Shown here one piece after another: positions 21,791 to 31,593 of a stretch of 64,000 nt of DNA (positions within the stretch are counted from its first letter, which is position 1; the number at the start of each line of letters is the position of its first letter). The stretch covers positions 17,665 through 81,664 of the forward strand of contig CAJQSG010000006.1 in assembly GCA_905612525.1 (NCBI GenBank), read 5' to 3'. Source of the DNA: an uncultured Candidatus Pelagibacter sp. (GTDB lineage: Bacteria > Pseudomonadota > Alphaproteobacteria > Pelagibacterales > Pelagibacteraceae). The notes beneath the pieces were generated by a model. That model did not search any database. It was not told where the DNA came from and saw nothing but the letters and a program-made list of their open reading frames with translations. The position numbers and the translations under genes were made by a program.

Positions 21791-22318
21791 TTAAGAGCTT
21801 AAACTTAGTTCTCTAGCAAAATCCTCTACTTTAGACCAGTCAGTAAACTCAAAGGACTTTGAGGTGTCTGTTGGGCCTTTAGTTATAAACATTATAAGTC
21901 TAATAATATATTTATCAAAAAAACCATAATTTGGATAATTAACTTTGCCAGCAAACACACCTAGCTTATCAGGTTTCCAATTTGAAATTTTTAAAAATTT
22001 TTTCATATAAGGATTTGTTTCTGGAGTATTTTTTTCTGGTTTTCTTGCAACAACATTTACCGAAAAGAAAGCGCTTCTTTTTTTTTCAAGTGTTTCTTTG
22101 TTTGAAGAAATAAATTTATATAAATTTTTATTATGCTTCCCATACCTGATGCTTGCTCCAATTATAATATCTTCATAAGACTGAAGATTAAAATCATGTG
22201 CTTCTTCTAGAGAGATTAATTTTATAGATTCACTATTTTTTGAAAAGTTTTTTATTTTTTCACAAATAATTTTTGTTTGACCATCTGTGCTTGAGTAAAT
22301 TATTAAAGAACCAGACAT
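21791..22318 (-). CDS. hemG: Flavodoxin-type (quinone-dependent) protoporphyrinogen IX dehydrogenase HemG
   Basis: YSSTDGQTKII FMN loop, GASIRYG, FFSVNVVARKPEK, GPTD...EFTDW; directly downstream of hemH. Confidence 0.93.
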   Translation of the reverse strand: MSGSLIIYSSTDGQTKIICEKIKNFSKNSESIKLISLEEAHDFNLQSYEDIIIGASIRYGKHNKNLYKFISSNKETLEKKRSAFFSVNVVARKPEKNTPETNPYMKKFLKISNWKPDKLGVFAGKVNYPNYGFFDKYIIRLIMFITKGPTDTSKSFEFTDWSKVEDFARELSLSS

Positions 22319-22329
22319 TTTAATTGTTA

Positions 22330-23448
22330 CTATTTTTTATTCATTATTTGTTGTGGCATTTTCTGATAATATTTTTTTTCAACTTGGTATTCTATATCCT
22401 CTTTATCTTGTGCTGAGCCCTCTGCTTGTATGAAGGTGTATTTTGCAAAATCTTTACACCAGTCTTTGTTAGTATTAAGACATTCTACTGGATGGACATT
22501 GCCGCCCCATTCTTTTGCATCATTTACTAGTTCATGACCTAATTCATCGGTGGTTTCGAGACAGTCTGCAACAAAACTTGGAGAATATATTACAATTTCT
22601 TTCTTACCTTCAGAAATTAATTTTTTAATTACATCTTCCGTGTAAGGTGTTATCCATTCCTCAGAACCGAAGCGACTTTGAAAACTCATCATGCACTGTT
22701 CTGGTTTAATATTTTTTAGACTATTAGTAATAAGATTAAATGTTTCGAAGCAATGTCTATAGTAATCATCACCTTTACTGACAACTCGTCTTTTTTGCAT
22801 TCCATGAAAGGTTATTACTAAACTATCGATTTTCTTTCCTTGATTTATTAATTCGTTTAATTTTGAGTCAACTTGATTTACGGAATTATCAATGAAGGCA
22901 TGTGTTCTGTGAAAGTTTGTGATGACTTCGAAGGTTGGTATTTTTACTCTCTTCGACAACTCTTTCGCCAACGCGTCTATGCCTGAAGCTATTGTAGCCT
23001 CTGAGTACTGAGGGAACATTGGTATAACTAATAGTTTTGTTGCACCAATACCTTTTTTTAAATCATCCTCCCAATCATCGTAAACTTCATTTACGTACGG
23101 AGGTGATAAAAGAAAAGCATGATTTACTTCAACATAACCTTCTGGATCAATTTTCTTTAATTCCTCACTTACACTTTTTGTAAAATCTCTTGTGTTGGTT
23201 ATCAGTGGAAAACTTTCTCCATCCCAGATTCTTGCATAAAGTTTTGCAGACTTTTGTGGCCTGAAAGGTAACACAAAAAAATTTAAAATTATTTTCCAAA
23301 GCCATGGGTTTATATCAACAACTCTTGGGTCTCCTAAAAATGCACGAAGATATTTTCTTAGAGCTTTAGTTGTTGGCTCCGAAGGTGATCCAAGTTGAAC
23401 AAATACAACTTTTGTTTTTCTTTTAGGGTGCGTGTACTGTTGTGTCAT
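22330..23448 (-). CDS. hemH: Ferrochelatase
   Basis: QLGSP, FLGDPRVVD, PMFPQYS, FHG, FQSRFG, FVADCLETTDEL. Confidence 0.95.
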   Translation of the reverse strand: MTQQYTHPKRKTKVVFVQLGSPSEPTTKALRKYLRAFLGDPRVVDINPWLWKIILNFFVLPFRPQKSAKLYARIWDGESFPLITNTRDFTKSVSEELKKIDPEGYVEVNHAFLLSPPYVNEVYDDWEDDLKKGIGATKLLVIPMFPQYSEATIASGIDALAKELSKRVKIPTFEVITNFHRTHAFIDNSVNQVDSKLNELINQGKKIDSLVITFHGMQKRRVVSKGDDYYRHCFETFNLITNSLKNIKPEQCMMSFQSRFGSEEWITPYTEDVIKKLISEGKKEIVIYSPSFVADCLETTDELGHELVNDAKEWGGNVHPVECLNTNKDWCKDFAKYTFIQAEGSAQDKEDIEYQVEKKYYQKMPQQIMNKK

Positions 23449-23487
23449 AATAAATAAGTTTTTATAAATATTATTTTAGTTTTTTAT

Positions 23488-24489
23488 TTAATAATCTTTT
23501 ACCATCTTCACCAAATAATCCACCATGTTAGGATCTGTTTGGGGCAATACGCCATGACCCAAATTAAAGATATACGGATGATCTTTGAACACATCTAGGT
23601 ATTTTCTTACTTCTTTTTTCAAATTTTCTTTATCTGTTAATAATACTTTTGGATCAAGTCCTCCTTGAACGGGTATATTAATCTCTTTACATATAGAAAC
23701 AGGATTTACATCATAATCGATATTGACAGCATCGGGTTTAACAATATCACAATAATTTTTATAATTTTTTACTCCTCTTGGAAAACAAATTACTGGTATG
23801 TTTAATGACTTAACATATTCAACCAAATTAAGTGTTGGAATATAAACATAGTTTGGCAAGTCTTTTTCTTCTAGTAACCCAGCCCAACTATCAAAAATTT
23901 GAATTACAGTCGCACCACTTTTTATTTGTTGATCAATATGTAATTTTAAAAATTTTTCTAAGATTATTAAAACCCTATTAATTAAAAACTCATCTTTAAA
24001 AAAATCTTTTATTAACTCTTTTTTTGGTGAGTGTTTATTAATCATATAAACTAATAACGTCCAAGGTGCTCCAACAAACCCTATAACATTTTTGTTTTTA
24101 ATTAAAATATCTTCACTAACTTTTTTAATTGATTTATAAACTGGATATAATTTTTCTATAAAATCAATTTCATCAACTTTAGATATGTCATTTAAATTCA
24201 ATGGACCTAGTTGTGGACCAAAGTCTTTTTTAAATTCTACTTTCTGGTTTAATCCGTACGGTAACATTAAAATGTCTGAAAAAATTATTGCAGCATCTAA
24301 TTCAAATCTTTTCAAAGGTTGTAAAGTAATCTCAGATGATAAATTTTCATTTAAACATAAATTGATAAAGTCTGGATTTAATTTTCTAATTTCCCTAAAC
24401 TCTGGAAGATACCTACCTGCTTGCCTCATTAACCATATTGGAGAATTAGTTGTCTTTTTGTTTATTATGGTTTCTTGAATGGGTGTCAT
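23488..24489 (-). CDS. hemE: Uroporphyrinogen decarboxylase
   Basis: WLMRQAGRYLPE, DAAIIFSDIL, QIFDSWAG, FNLGHG. Confidence 0.98.
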   Translation of the reverse strand: MTPIQETIINKKTTNSPIWLMRQAGRYLPEFREIRKLNPDFINLCLNENLSSEITLQPLKRFELDAAIIFSDILMLPYGLNQKVEFKKDFGPQLGPLNLNDISKVDEIDFIEKLYPVYKSIKKVSEDILIKNKNVIGFVGAPWTLLVYMINKHSPKKELIKDFFKDEFLINRVLIILEKFLKLHIDQQIKSGATVIQIFDSWAGLLEEKDLPNYVYIPTLNLVEYVKSLNIPVICFPRGVKNYKNYCDIVKPDAVNIDYDVNPVSICKEINIPVQGGLDPKVLLTDKENLKKEVRKYLDVFKDHPYIFNLGHGVLPQTDPNMVDYLVKMVKDY

Positions 24490-24773
24490 AATAATAAGTA
24501 AATATTTAATTATAGTATTAGTTATATAGTATGTGAATATTGGTAATTAATTGTTTTACACATTTTATACATGATTTATTAACAATTAATAATTTATAGA
24601 AGTGAATTATATTTAACAAATAAGGCCTTTATTTAATTTTATTAGATAAAATGTATATTAATACTTCACATGTTTATTAATGTTAATAAAAATAGGGTTT
24701 TACAGTGAAAAATAAAAAACATCATTATTTTAAAAAATGGTAAAAATAATACTTAATTATCAACTTTTAATAC
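24490..24773. other. oriC: Putative chromosomal replication origin (oriC)
   Basis: 284-bp very AT-rich gap between divergent hemE and PPDK-regulator genes, the known alphaproteobacterial oriC position; DnaA-box matches TTTTACACA 24554-24562 (fits TTWTNCACA), TTATTAACA 24576-24584, TGTTAATAA 24681-24689, weaker at 24532 and 24662; flanking genes point away; parS about 8 kb away. Confidence 0.75.
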
Positions 24774-25601
24774 ATGAGTAATACATATCAAATATACCTA
24801 ATTTCTGACTCCACAGGAGAGACTTTGGATAGAGTGTTTTTAGCAATTAAAGCTCAGTTTAAGAATATTGAATATGATGTTAAGTCTTATTTTTTTACAC
24901 GCACAGAGAATCAAGTTCTTAAGATAATGGAAGAAGCTAAAGAAAAAAACAACTCAATAATTTTATATACAATTGTTGATACCTCGCTTGCAAAATTTTT
25001 AGCAAATAAGGGAGATGAAAAAAAAATTCCCTGCTTTAGCGTTTTAGGCAACTTGATAATGAACTTTTCAAAACTACTAAACCAAAAAGCATCACACGTA
25101 CCCAGCGGACAGCACGCATTAAATGAAGAATACTATGAAAGAATTGAGGCAATTCAATTTACTATGGCCCATGATGACGGAAATTTAGTTGAAGATATTA
25201 GTAAAGCAGACTTAATTTTATTGGGAGTAAGCAGAACAAGTAAAACACCAACATCAATTTACTTAGCAAATAGAGGCTTTAAAACCTTAAACATTCCTCT
25301 GGTAAATGATAAATCAATACCGGAAGAGTTAAAGAAAAATCCAAAACTAGCATGTGTTGTTGGCCTAACAACGGAACCAGAGAGACTTGTTGATATCAGA
25401 AAAAACAGAATGAACACACTCAAAGGAACAGAAAACACTAACTACACAAATATCAAAAAAATTGAAAAGGAAATCAGTGAAGCTAAAAAAACTTTTAACA
25501 AATATAAATGGCCAACAATAGACGTTACACGAAAATCTGTTGAAGAAACAGCAGCATCAATAATCAAAATCCACGAAATATACAAAAACAATGATCGATA
25601 A
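24774..25601 (+). CDS. Pyruvate phosphate dikinase/PEP synthase regulatory protein (kinase-pyrophosphorylase, DUF299)
   Basis: ISDSTGET, HDDG, GVSRTSKTPTSIYLAN, DVTRKSVEETA. Confidence 0.95.
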   Translation: MSNTYQIYLISDSTGETLDRVFLAIKAQFKNIEYDVKSYFFTRTENQVLKIMEEAKEKNNSIILYTIVDTSLAKFLANKGDEKKIPCFSVLGNLIMNFSKLLNQKASHVPSGQHALNEEYYERIEAIQFTMAHDDGNLVEDISKADLILLGVSRTSKTPTSIYLANRGFKTLNIPLVNDKSIPEELKKNPKLACVVGLTTEPERLVDIRKNRMNTLKGTENTNYTNIKKIEKEISEAKKTFNKYKWPTIDVTRKSVEETAASIIKIHEIYKNNDR

Positions 25602-26178
25602 AATAGTACTTGCCTCAAAAAGTGGAGTCAGAAAAAAAATTCTAGAAGATAATAAAATTATATGCAGGGTTGAACCATCAAATGTGGACGAGGAAAGTAT
25701 TAAAGAAAGTTTATTAAAAGAAAAAGCAACACCAACAATTATATCTAAAAATTTAGCAGAATTAAAAGCAAACAAAATTAGTCAAAAATTTATTAACGAG
25801 ATAGTTGTTGGTGCAGACAGCGTGATAGACCTAGAAGGAGAAATAATATCAAAACCAAACAATAGAATGGAAGCTCTTAAAATACTTCAAAAACTAAATG
25901 GAAAAACCCATCAACTGATCAGTTCTGTTTGTATATCTAGGGGTGGTTTTATGATATGGAATTATACAGATAAAGCTTCATTAACCATGAGAAATATGAG
26001 CCTTTTAGTGCTCGAAGCCTACCTAAAGAAGATTTCCGATGTAGCGCTTTATGCTTATAATGTTTACCAAATTGAAGGAGAGGGGAGAAGTTTATTTACT
26101 AAAATTGAAGGAGATGAAGACACCATTATGGGTTTGCCGGTTAAGCAAATAAAAAAATATTTAAGTAGATTAGAATGA
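25591..26178 (+). CDS. maf: Maf-family nucleotide pyrophosphatase
   Basis: LASKSGVRK, VDEE, GADSV, SKP, IMGLP. Confidence 0.93.
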   Translation: MIDKIVLASKSGVRKKILEDNKIICRVEPSNVDEESIKESLLKEKATPTIISKNLAELKANKISQKFINEIVVGADSVIDLEGEIISKPNNRMEALKILQKLNGKTHQLISSVCISRGGFMIWNYTDKASLTMRNMSLLVLEAYLKKISDVALYAYNVYQIEGEGRSLFTKIEGDEDTIMGLPVKQIKKYLSRLE

Positions 26179-26972
26179 ATAAAAAATTTTTAGTTATAGG
26201 AAACCCTATAGAACATTCCCTGTCCCCAAAATTGCACAATTATTGGATCAAAAAAAACAATTTAAAAGCATCGTATGATAAAAAATTTTTAGAGCAAGGT
26301 GAGATCCAGCAACTAATTTTAGAAGTTAGGAAAGAAAAAATTCATGGATTAAATGTAACTGTCCCGTTTAAAAAAACAGTTATTCCATTTTTAGATGAAT
26401 TGAGTGACGAAGCTAAGAGCTCTCAATCAGTAAATACAATTTATAAAAATAAAAATAAAATTATTGGAGATAATACAGATATTGAAGGTTTTAAAATTGG
26501 TTTAGAAACAACGAGCCAGATTATAAAAAACAAAGAGGCACTTATACTTGGCGCTGGTGGAGTCGTTCTGTCAATCATCATTGCACTAAAGAAAATGCAA
26601 ATATCAAAAATTTATTTGAGCAATCGTACGGAATTAAAAGCGCTAGAGATCAAAAAAATTTTTCCAGAAATAGAAATAATAGAATGGGGTAAAGTTTCAA
26701 GTTTTGATATAATTATAAATGCAACAAGTATTGGTTTGAACAATAAGGATGAGATAAATATTGATTATAAGAATATTAGCCAAAACAAATTTTTTTATGA
26801 TGTAATTTACAATCCAAAAGAAACAAATTTTTTAAAAAAAGCAAAAAGATATGGTGCGCAAACAGAAAATGGTAAAATGATGTTTATTTATCAAGCCCAA
26901 AAAGCTTTTTTCAAATGGCATAATATTTTACCAGTAGTGGACAACGAAACACTCAATCTATTAAACACATGA
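26175..26972 (+). CDS. aroE: Shikimate dehydrogenase
   Basis: GNPIEHSLSP, NVTVPFK, NTD, GAGG, INATSIG, DVIYNP. Confidence 0.97.
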   Translation: MNKKFLVIGNPIEHSLSPKLHNYWIKKNNLKASYDKKFLEQGEIQQLILEVRKEKIHGLNVTVPFKKTVIPFLDELSDEAKSSQSVNTIYKNKNKIIGDNTDIEGFKIGLETTSQIIKNKEALILGAGGVVLSIIIALKKMQISKIYLSNRTELKALEIKKIFPEIEIIEWGKVSSFDIIINATSIGLNNKDEINIDYKNISQNKFFYDVIYNPKETNFLKKAKRYGAQTENGKMMFIYQAQKAFFKWHNILPVVDNETLNLLNT

Positions 26973-27538
26973 TCAGAATAGCTGTCGTTGGGGATATAGG
27001 ATCCGGAAAAAGCCATATAGCAAAGCTTTTTAATTATCCAATATTTAATGCAGATTTAGAAGTGGCTAAAATTTATAAGACGAACAAGAAATGTTTTAAA
27101 AATTTAAGTAAGAAATTACCAAAATATTTTTTATCATTCCCAATTCAAAAAGAGGAGATCATAAGAGCGATATCTAGCAACAAAATAAATCTAAAGAAAA
27201 TTACAAACATTATCCATCCTGAAATTAGAAAAAAAATGAATCTTTTTTTAAAAGACAATAAAAAAAAACAAGCTGTTATCCTAGATATTCCTCTTTTATT
27301 AGAAAATAAATTAAATCAAAAAGGAGATATTATAATTTTTATTCAGTCAAAAAAAATAGAAGTCTTAAGGAGACTGAAAAAAAGAGATAATTTTAATTTA
27401 GATCTATTAAATAAATTCAAAAAAATGCAATTACCCCTAAGTCATAAAAAAAAAAAATCTCACTTTATTATTAAAAATAACTTTACCAATAAATCTGCTA
27501 AGACGAGTATAATAAAAATCCTTAAAAAAATTTTATAA
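26969..27538 (+). CDS. coaE: Dephospho-CoA kinase
   Basis: GDIGSGKS P-loop, IIHPEI, LDIPLLLE; aroE-coaE-dnaQ synteny. Confidence 0.93.
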   Translation: MIRIAVVGDIGSGKSHIAKLFNYPIFNADLEVAKIYKTNKKCFKNLSKKLPKYFLSFPIQKEEIIRAISSNKINLKKITNIIHPEIRKKMNLFLKDNKKKQAVILDIPLLLENKLNQKGDIIIFIQSKKIEVLRRLKKRDNFNLDLLNKFKKMQLPLSHKKKKSHFIIKNNFTNKSAKTSIIKILKKIL

Positions 27539-27539
27539 G

Positions 27540-28211
27540 ATGAAAGAAGTTATACTAGACACAGAAACAACAGGCCTATCCGTCAGGGATGGTCATAGAA
27601 TTGTAGAAATAGGATGCATAGAGATAAACAATCTAATTCCTACTCAAAATAAGTTTCACTGTTATCTTAACCCAGAAAGAAAAGTTTCTGAAAAAGCACT
27701 CGAGGTTCATGGTTATACTGATGAATTTTTATCTACCCAAAAAAAATTTTCAGAGATCGTAGATGAATTTTTAAATTTTATAGAAAATAAAAAATTAGTA
27801 ATTCACAATGCTGAATTCGACTTATCTCACTTAAACAATGAATTGGGACTACTGGGTAGGAAAAAGTTAAATAGTGAAAACACAGTTGATACCCTTGCAT
27901 TAGCTAGAGATAAGTTTCCTGGTTCACCAATAAGTCTTGACGCGTTATGTAAAAGATACAGAGTAGACAACTCTAAAAGGACTCATCATACAGCTCTTAT
28001 TGATTGTGACTTATTGGCTAAAATATATATTAATCTTTTAGATCAAAAAGAACCTACTTTAAATTTTAAAAATGAAGATAATGAAAAAATAATAATAAAT
28101 CCAAAAAATATTAATCAATACTTTAAAAAAATTGTCAAACCCACCGAAGAAGAGCTTAAACTTCACAAGAATTATTTAAAAAATAGTTTAAAGAAAAATT
28201 TTTTTAATTAG
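27540..28211 (+). CDS. dnaQ: DNA polymerase III epsilon subunit
   Basis: LDTETTG, HNAEFD, HTALID (DEDDh exonuclease). Confidence 0.97.
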   Translation: MKEVILDTETTGLSVRDGHRIVEIGCIEINNLIPTQNKFHCYLNPERKVSEKALEVHGYTDEFLSTQKKFSEIVDEFLNFIENKKLVIHNAEFDLSHLNNELGLLGRKKLNSENTVDTLALARDKFPGSPISLDALCKRYRVDNSKRTHHTALIDCDLLAKIYINLLDQKEPTLNFKNEDNEKIIINPKNINQYFKKIVKPTEEELKLHKNYLKNSLKKNFFN

Positions 28212-28626
28212 ATCTTTGGTTGTATAATTGGGTAAAATCTATTTTTTTATCAAGTTTTACTTCTGGAAAACCAGAGTTATGAAGTAAGTTTAAAAATGTT
28301 TTTTCTAAATTAGGATAAATTTTATTTTGAACATCACATAATATAATTTTTTCCAGGTCTTTTTTATCTTTTACCTCCTCATCAACCTTAACAATTGAAG
28401 CATAAATTATTTCGAAGTAGGATTTTTTTTCATTTGGTTCTTTGTCTTCAAACTTTAATGTTGTGTTAACTTCAATCATTTTATTTTTCAGAGGTTTTGA
28501 TTTAATATCTATATTTAGATGATATTTTGAAATATTTTCTTTAACAAAAATATAGCTTTGAATATCTGGTGTTTCACAAGAAATATCTTTTACAAATTGA
28601 GCTAATATTTTAAAGTTTTCTGTCAT
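28204..28626 (-). CDS. secB: Protein-export chaperone SecB
   Basis: QFVKDISCE, GFP...IDFTQLY; position between fxsA and dnaQ. Confidence 0.85.
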   Translation of the reverse strand: MTENFKILAQFVKDISCETPDIQSYIFVKENISKYHLNIDIKSKPLKNKMIEVNTTLKFEDKEPNEKKSYFEIIYASIVKVDEEVKDKKDLEKIILCDVQNKIYPNLEKTFLNLLHNSGFPEVKLDKKIDFTQLYNQRSN

Positions 28627-29032
28627 TTTCGTCTTCTATGTCTTCAAACTCGCCGTTAATAAAATCTTGTTTTTTATTATTAGGTCTCTGTTTAGTTGAT
28701 ACTTTTTTAAAAATCAATTTTCTTGTTGGTGGAAAAATAATCAATAATCCTAAAAAATCAGTGGCGAATCCAGGTAAAATTAAAAGTAATGCTGCAAAAG
28801 CCAGGACCGCACCAGAAATAATCTCATAAACTGGAAGTTCGTTTTTGACAATTTGGGACATTCCAGATTTTAAGGTGTTAAAACCTTCATAGCGGGCATA
28901 AATAACCCCAAAAAATGCAGTAATGAAAATGAGTAAAATTGTGTTAAAAGCTCCAATTTGAGAGCCCATCTTGATAAATAAATAAATTTCAATAGCAGGG
29001 ATACCAATTAATAATAATAAAAATGTGTTCAT
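28610..29032 (-). CDS. fxsA: FxsA-family membrane protein
   Basis: PAIEIY, LLILPGFATD, acidic INGEFE tail. Confidence 0.92.
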   Translation of the reverse strand: MNTFLLLLIGIPAIEIYLFIKMGSQIGAFNTILLIFITAFFGVIYARYEGFNTLKSGMSQIVKNELPVYEIISGAVLAFAALLLILPGFATDFLGLLIIFPPTRKLIFKKVSTKQRPNNKKQDFINGEFEDIEDENDRKL

Positions 29033-29055
29033 TTGTCTTTAGTCTAAATTGCTAG

Positions 29056-29084
29056 TTGTAATTAATCAACATAGTAAATATTAT
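29056..29084 (+). promoter_or_regulatory. Putative sigma70 promoter for a leaderless Tim44-domain transcript
   Basis: TTGTAA-N17-TATTAT-6 nt-ATG(29091); no SD present. Confidence 0.5.
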
Positions 29085-29090
29085 TAATTA

Positions 29091-29684
29091 ATGAGTTATA
29101 GTTTTGAATATATGGATATTATCCTTTTAGCAATGATTGCTGGTTTTATTTTTCTTCGTCTGCGAGGAATACTTGGTAAAAAAACTGGCTTTGAAGGAAA
29201 AATATCAACACAGTTTGAAAAAGAACTCCAAAAAACAAATGTAAGACCAAAACAAATTAATGAAAACTTTGATGAAGAGAGACAAAAAGAGTTTATAAAA
29301 GGAGCGGAAATAGCATATGAAACAATTATTACAGATTTTAGTGATAGTGATAATAAACTGATAGCTAGCAAAACTCTTTTGAGTAAAAAAATTCATGATC
29401 AATTTAAGGAGGCCCTTTTTGATAGAGAAAGCAAAGGTCATTTTGCTGAAACAACTTTTATAGGGATTAAGTCAGCTGTGGTTAAAACTCATAAAAAAAT
29501 AGAAGATAGCTTAGAAGTTACAGTTGATTTCGTTAGTGAAATTATAACTTGCATAAAAGATAAAGATAATAAAATAATTTCAGGAGATAGCGAAAAAATT
29601 ATGACAGTTTATGATACTTGGGTTTTTTCAAAAGATATAAAATCTGCTAACCCTAACTGGTTATTGATTGATACCATTACATAA
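29091..29684 (+). CDS. Tim44/TimA-domain protein
   Basis: N-terminal TM ending LRLRGILGK; FIKGAEIAYETI; DTWVFSK...NPNWLL; divergent from fxsA as in other alphaproteobacteria. Confidence 0.9.
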   Translation: MSYSFEYMDIILLAMIAGFIFLRLRGILGKKTGFEGKISTQFEKELQKTNVRPKQINENFDEERQKEFIKGAEIAYETIITDFSDSDNKLIASKTLLSKKIHDQFKEALFDRESKGHFAETTFIGIKSAVVKTHKKIEDSLEVTVDFVSEIITCIKDKDNKIISGDSEKIMTVYDTWVFSKDIKSANPNWLLIDTIT

Positions 29685-30221
29685 TTGATTAAAAAAATTT
29701 CAGACAAAGATAAACAAGACTGGGAAAACTTTTTAAAAAATAAAGAAATCTCTCCTAATAAAGATACTGTTAAAAAAAAAGCTTTAAGTGACAATGATAC
29801 TATAGAAATTTTTGAAAAAGATAAACAAGACTGGGAAAACTTTTTAAAAAATAAAGAGAAGATTCCTAACAAAGATTTTGTAAATAAGAAAAATATAAGA
29901 TATGAAAAAATAAAAAAAATAGATCTTCATGGTTATACGATTGAAGAGGCTAACAATGCTGTAGAACAGTTTATCCAAAAATGTTTTGATGAAAGTGCTA
30001 CTAAAATCATAGTGATTACTGGCAAAGGCCTTAGGTCTAAAAATGTTGAAAACCCCTATCTTTCAAAAGATTTAAGTATTTTAAAGTATTCTGTTCCTGA
30101 ATTTATCGAATCGAATATAAGCTTAACAAAAATGATTATAGAAACAACAGATGCGAAGATAGAGGATGGTGGAAGTGGTGCTTTTTATATTTATCTTAAA
30201 AATAAGTTTAAGATAAAATAA
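29685..30221 (+). CDS. Smr/MutS2-domain protein
   Basis: IDLHG, VITGKG, GGSGAFYIYL; TTG start. Confidence 0.92.
   Translation: MIKKISDKDKQDWENFLKNKEISPNKDTVKKKALSDNDTIEIFEKDKQDWENFLKNKEKIPNKDFVNKKNIRYEKIKKIDLHGYTIEEANNAVEQFIQKCFDESATKIIVITGKGLRSKNVENPYLSKDLSILKYSVPEFIESNISLTKMIIETTDAKIEDGGSGAFYIYLKNKFKIK
29706..29857 (+). repeat. 41-bp exact direct repeat, period 111 bp, inside the Smr gene
   Basis: AAAGATAAACAAGACTGGGAAAACTTTTTAAAAAATAAAGA at 29706-29746 and 29817-29857. Confidence 0.95.
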
Positions 30222-30225
30222 TCTA

Positions 30226-31593
30226 TTAGAGAATAAACTTAGATAAATCTGTATCTTTTACAAGTTCATCTAAGTTTTGTTTCACATACTCAGAATTAAT
30301 TATAATTTTTTCTCCAGCCCTATCTGTTGCTGTAAAACTGATATCGTCTAAAATTCTTTCAATAATAGTATGTAATCTTCTAGCTCCAATATTTTCTACA
30401 GTGTTATTTACTTCAGAAGCCATATTAGCAATAGCATCTATTCCATCTTCAGAAAATTCTAATTCTACATTTTCAGTTCTTAAAAGAGCCACATATTGTT
30501 TAATTAAACTATAGTCCGGTTCTTTAAGAATCCTTTTAAAGTCATCACTAGTTAAAGCCTCAAGCTCAACTCTAATCGGGAGTCTACCCTGTAATTCTGG
30601 TAGCAGGTCTGAAGGTTTTGCAAGTTGGAATGCCCCTGATGCAATAAATAAGATATGGTCTGTTTTAATTGTACCATATTTTGTGCTCACAGTTGTTCCT
30701 TCAATTAAAGGAAGTAGATCTCTTTGCACTCCTTCTCTAGATACATCCCCACCCGATCTATCTGTCCTACCTGAAATTTTATCTATTTCATCTAAAAAGA
30801 CTATTCCATTATTTTCTGTAGAATCTTTTGCTGATTTTATAATTTTATCTTCTTCTATTAACTTGTCAGCTTCATCATTAATTAAAATTTCATGAGACTC
30901 TTTGACAGTCATTTTCTTTTTCTTCTGTTTATTTCCAACAGATTTTCCAATCATCTCACCAATATTTATCATTCCAATGTTAGCTCCAGGCATTCCGGGA
31001 ATTTCAAAAGAAGTTTGAGAACTAAGGTCATTTACTGCTATTTCAATTTCATTGTCATCCAAATCACCATCTCTTAATCTTTTTCTAAAACTTTCTCTTG
31101 TGGCAAGACTTGCTTTATTTCCAACCACTGAATCTAAAACTTTTTCTTCAGCTAATTTTTGAGCTTTTGCATGAACCTCTTTTCTTTTCTTTACTTTTTC
31201 CATTGCAATTGCAATTTCAAGTAGGTCTCTTATAATTTGCTCAACATCTCGTCCAACATAGCCAACTTCTGTAAATCTCGTTGCTTCAACCTTTACAAAA
31301 GGGGCTTCTGCTAACTTAGACAGTCTTCTAGAGATTTCAGTTTTCCCGACTCCCGTTGGTCCAATCATTAAAATATTTTTAGGTAAAACTTCATCTTTCA
31401 TTTCACCTTTTAAAGCCTGTCTTCTCCATCTATTTCTTAAAGCAATAGCGACTGCTTTTTTAGCTTTATTTTGTCCAACTACATATCTATCAAGCTCGGA
31501 AACTATTTCTCTAGGAGATAAAGAACTAACCAAAGAGCTATCTTTGTTTTCATTTTTCTCTTTGGGAAAAGGTGTAACGTTTGAATCTTTCAT
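30226..31593 (-). CDS. hslU: ATP-dependent protease ATPase subunit HslU
   Basis: [39 protein letters not shown]. Confidence 0.99.
   Translation of the reverse strand: MKDSNVTPFPKEKNENKDSSLVSSLSPREIVSELDRYVVGQNKAKKAVAIALRNRWRRQALKGEMKDEVLPKNILMIGPTGVGKTEISRRLSKLAEAPFVKVEATRFTEVGYVGRDVEQIIRDLLEIAIAMEKVKKRKEVHAKAQKLAEEKVLDSVVGNKASLATRESFRKRLRDGDLDDNEIEIAVNDLSSQTSFEIPGMPGANIGMINIGEMIGKSVGNKQKKKKMTVKESHEILINDEADKLIEEDKIIKSAKDSTENNGIVFLDEIDKISGRTDRSGGDVSREGVQRDLLPLIEGTTVSTKYGTIKTDHILFIASGAFQLAKPSDLLPELQGRLPIRVELEALTSDDFKRILKEPDYSLIKQYVALLRTENVELEFSEDGIDAIANMASEVNNTVENIGARRLHTIIERILDDISFTATDRAGEKIIINSEYVKQNLDELVKDTDLSKFIL

Noticed and set aside
28570-28585. parS-like TGTTTCACAAGAAATA in secB
   Set aside because: Three mismatches, including the central GT; explained by the coding sequence (ISCET)
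29706-29857. 41-bp direct repeat considered as a mini-CRISPR or att site
   Set aside because: Only two copies, in frame within a coding sequence, 70-bp spacer, not palindromic, no cas or integrase gene
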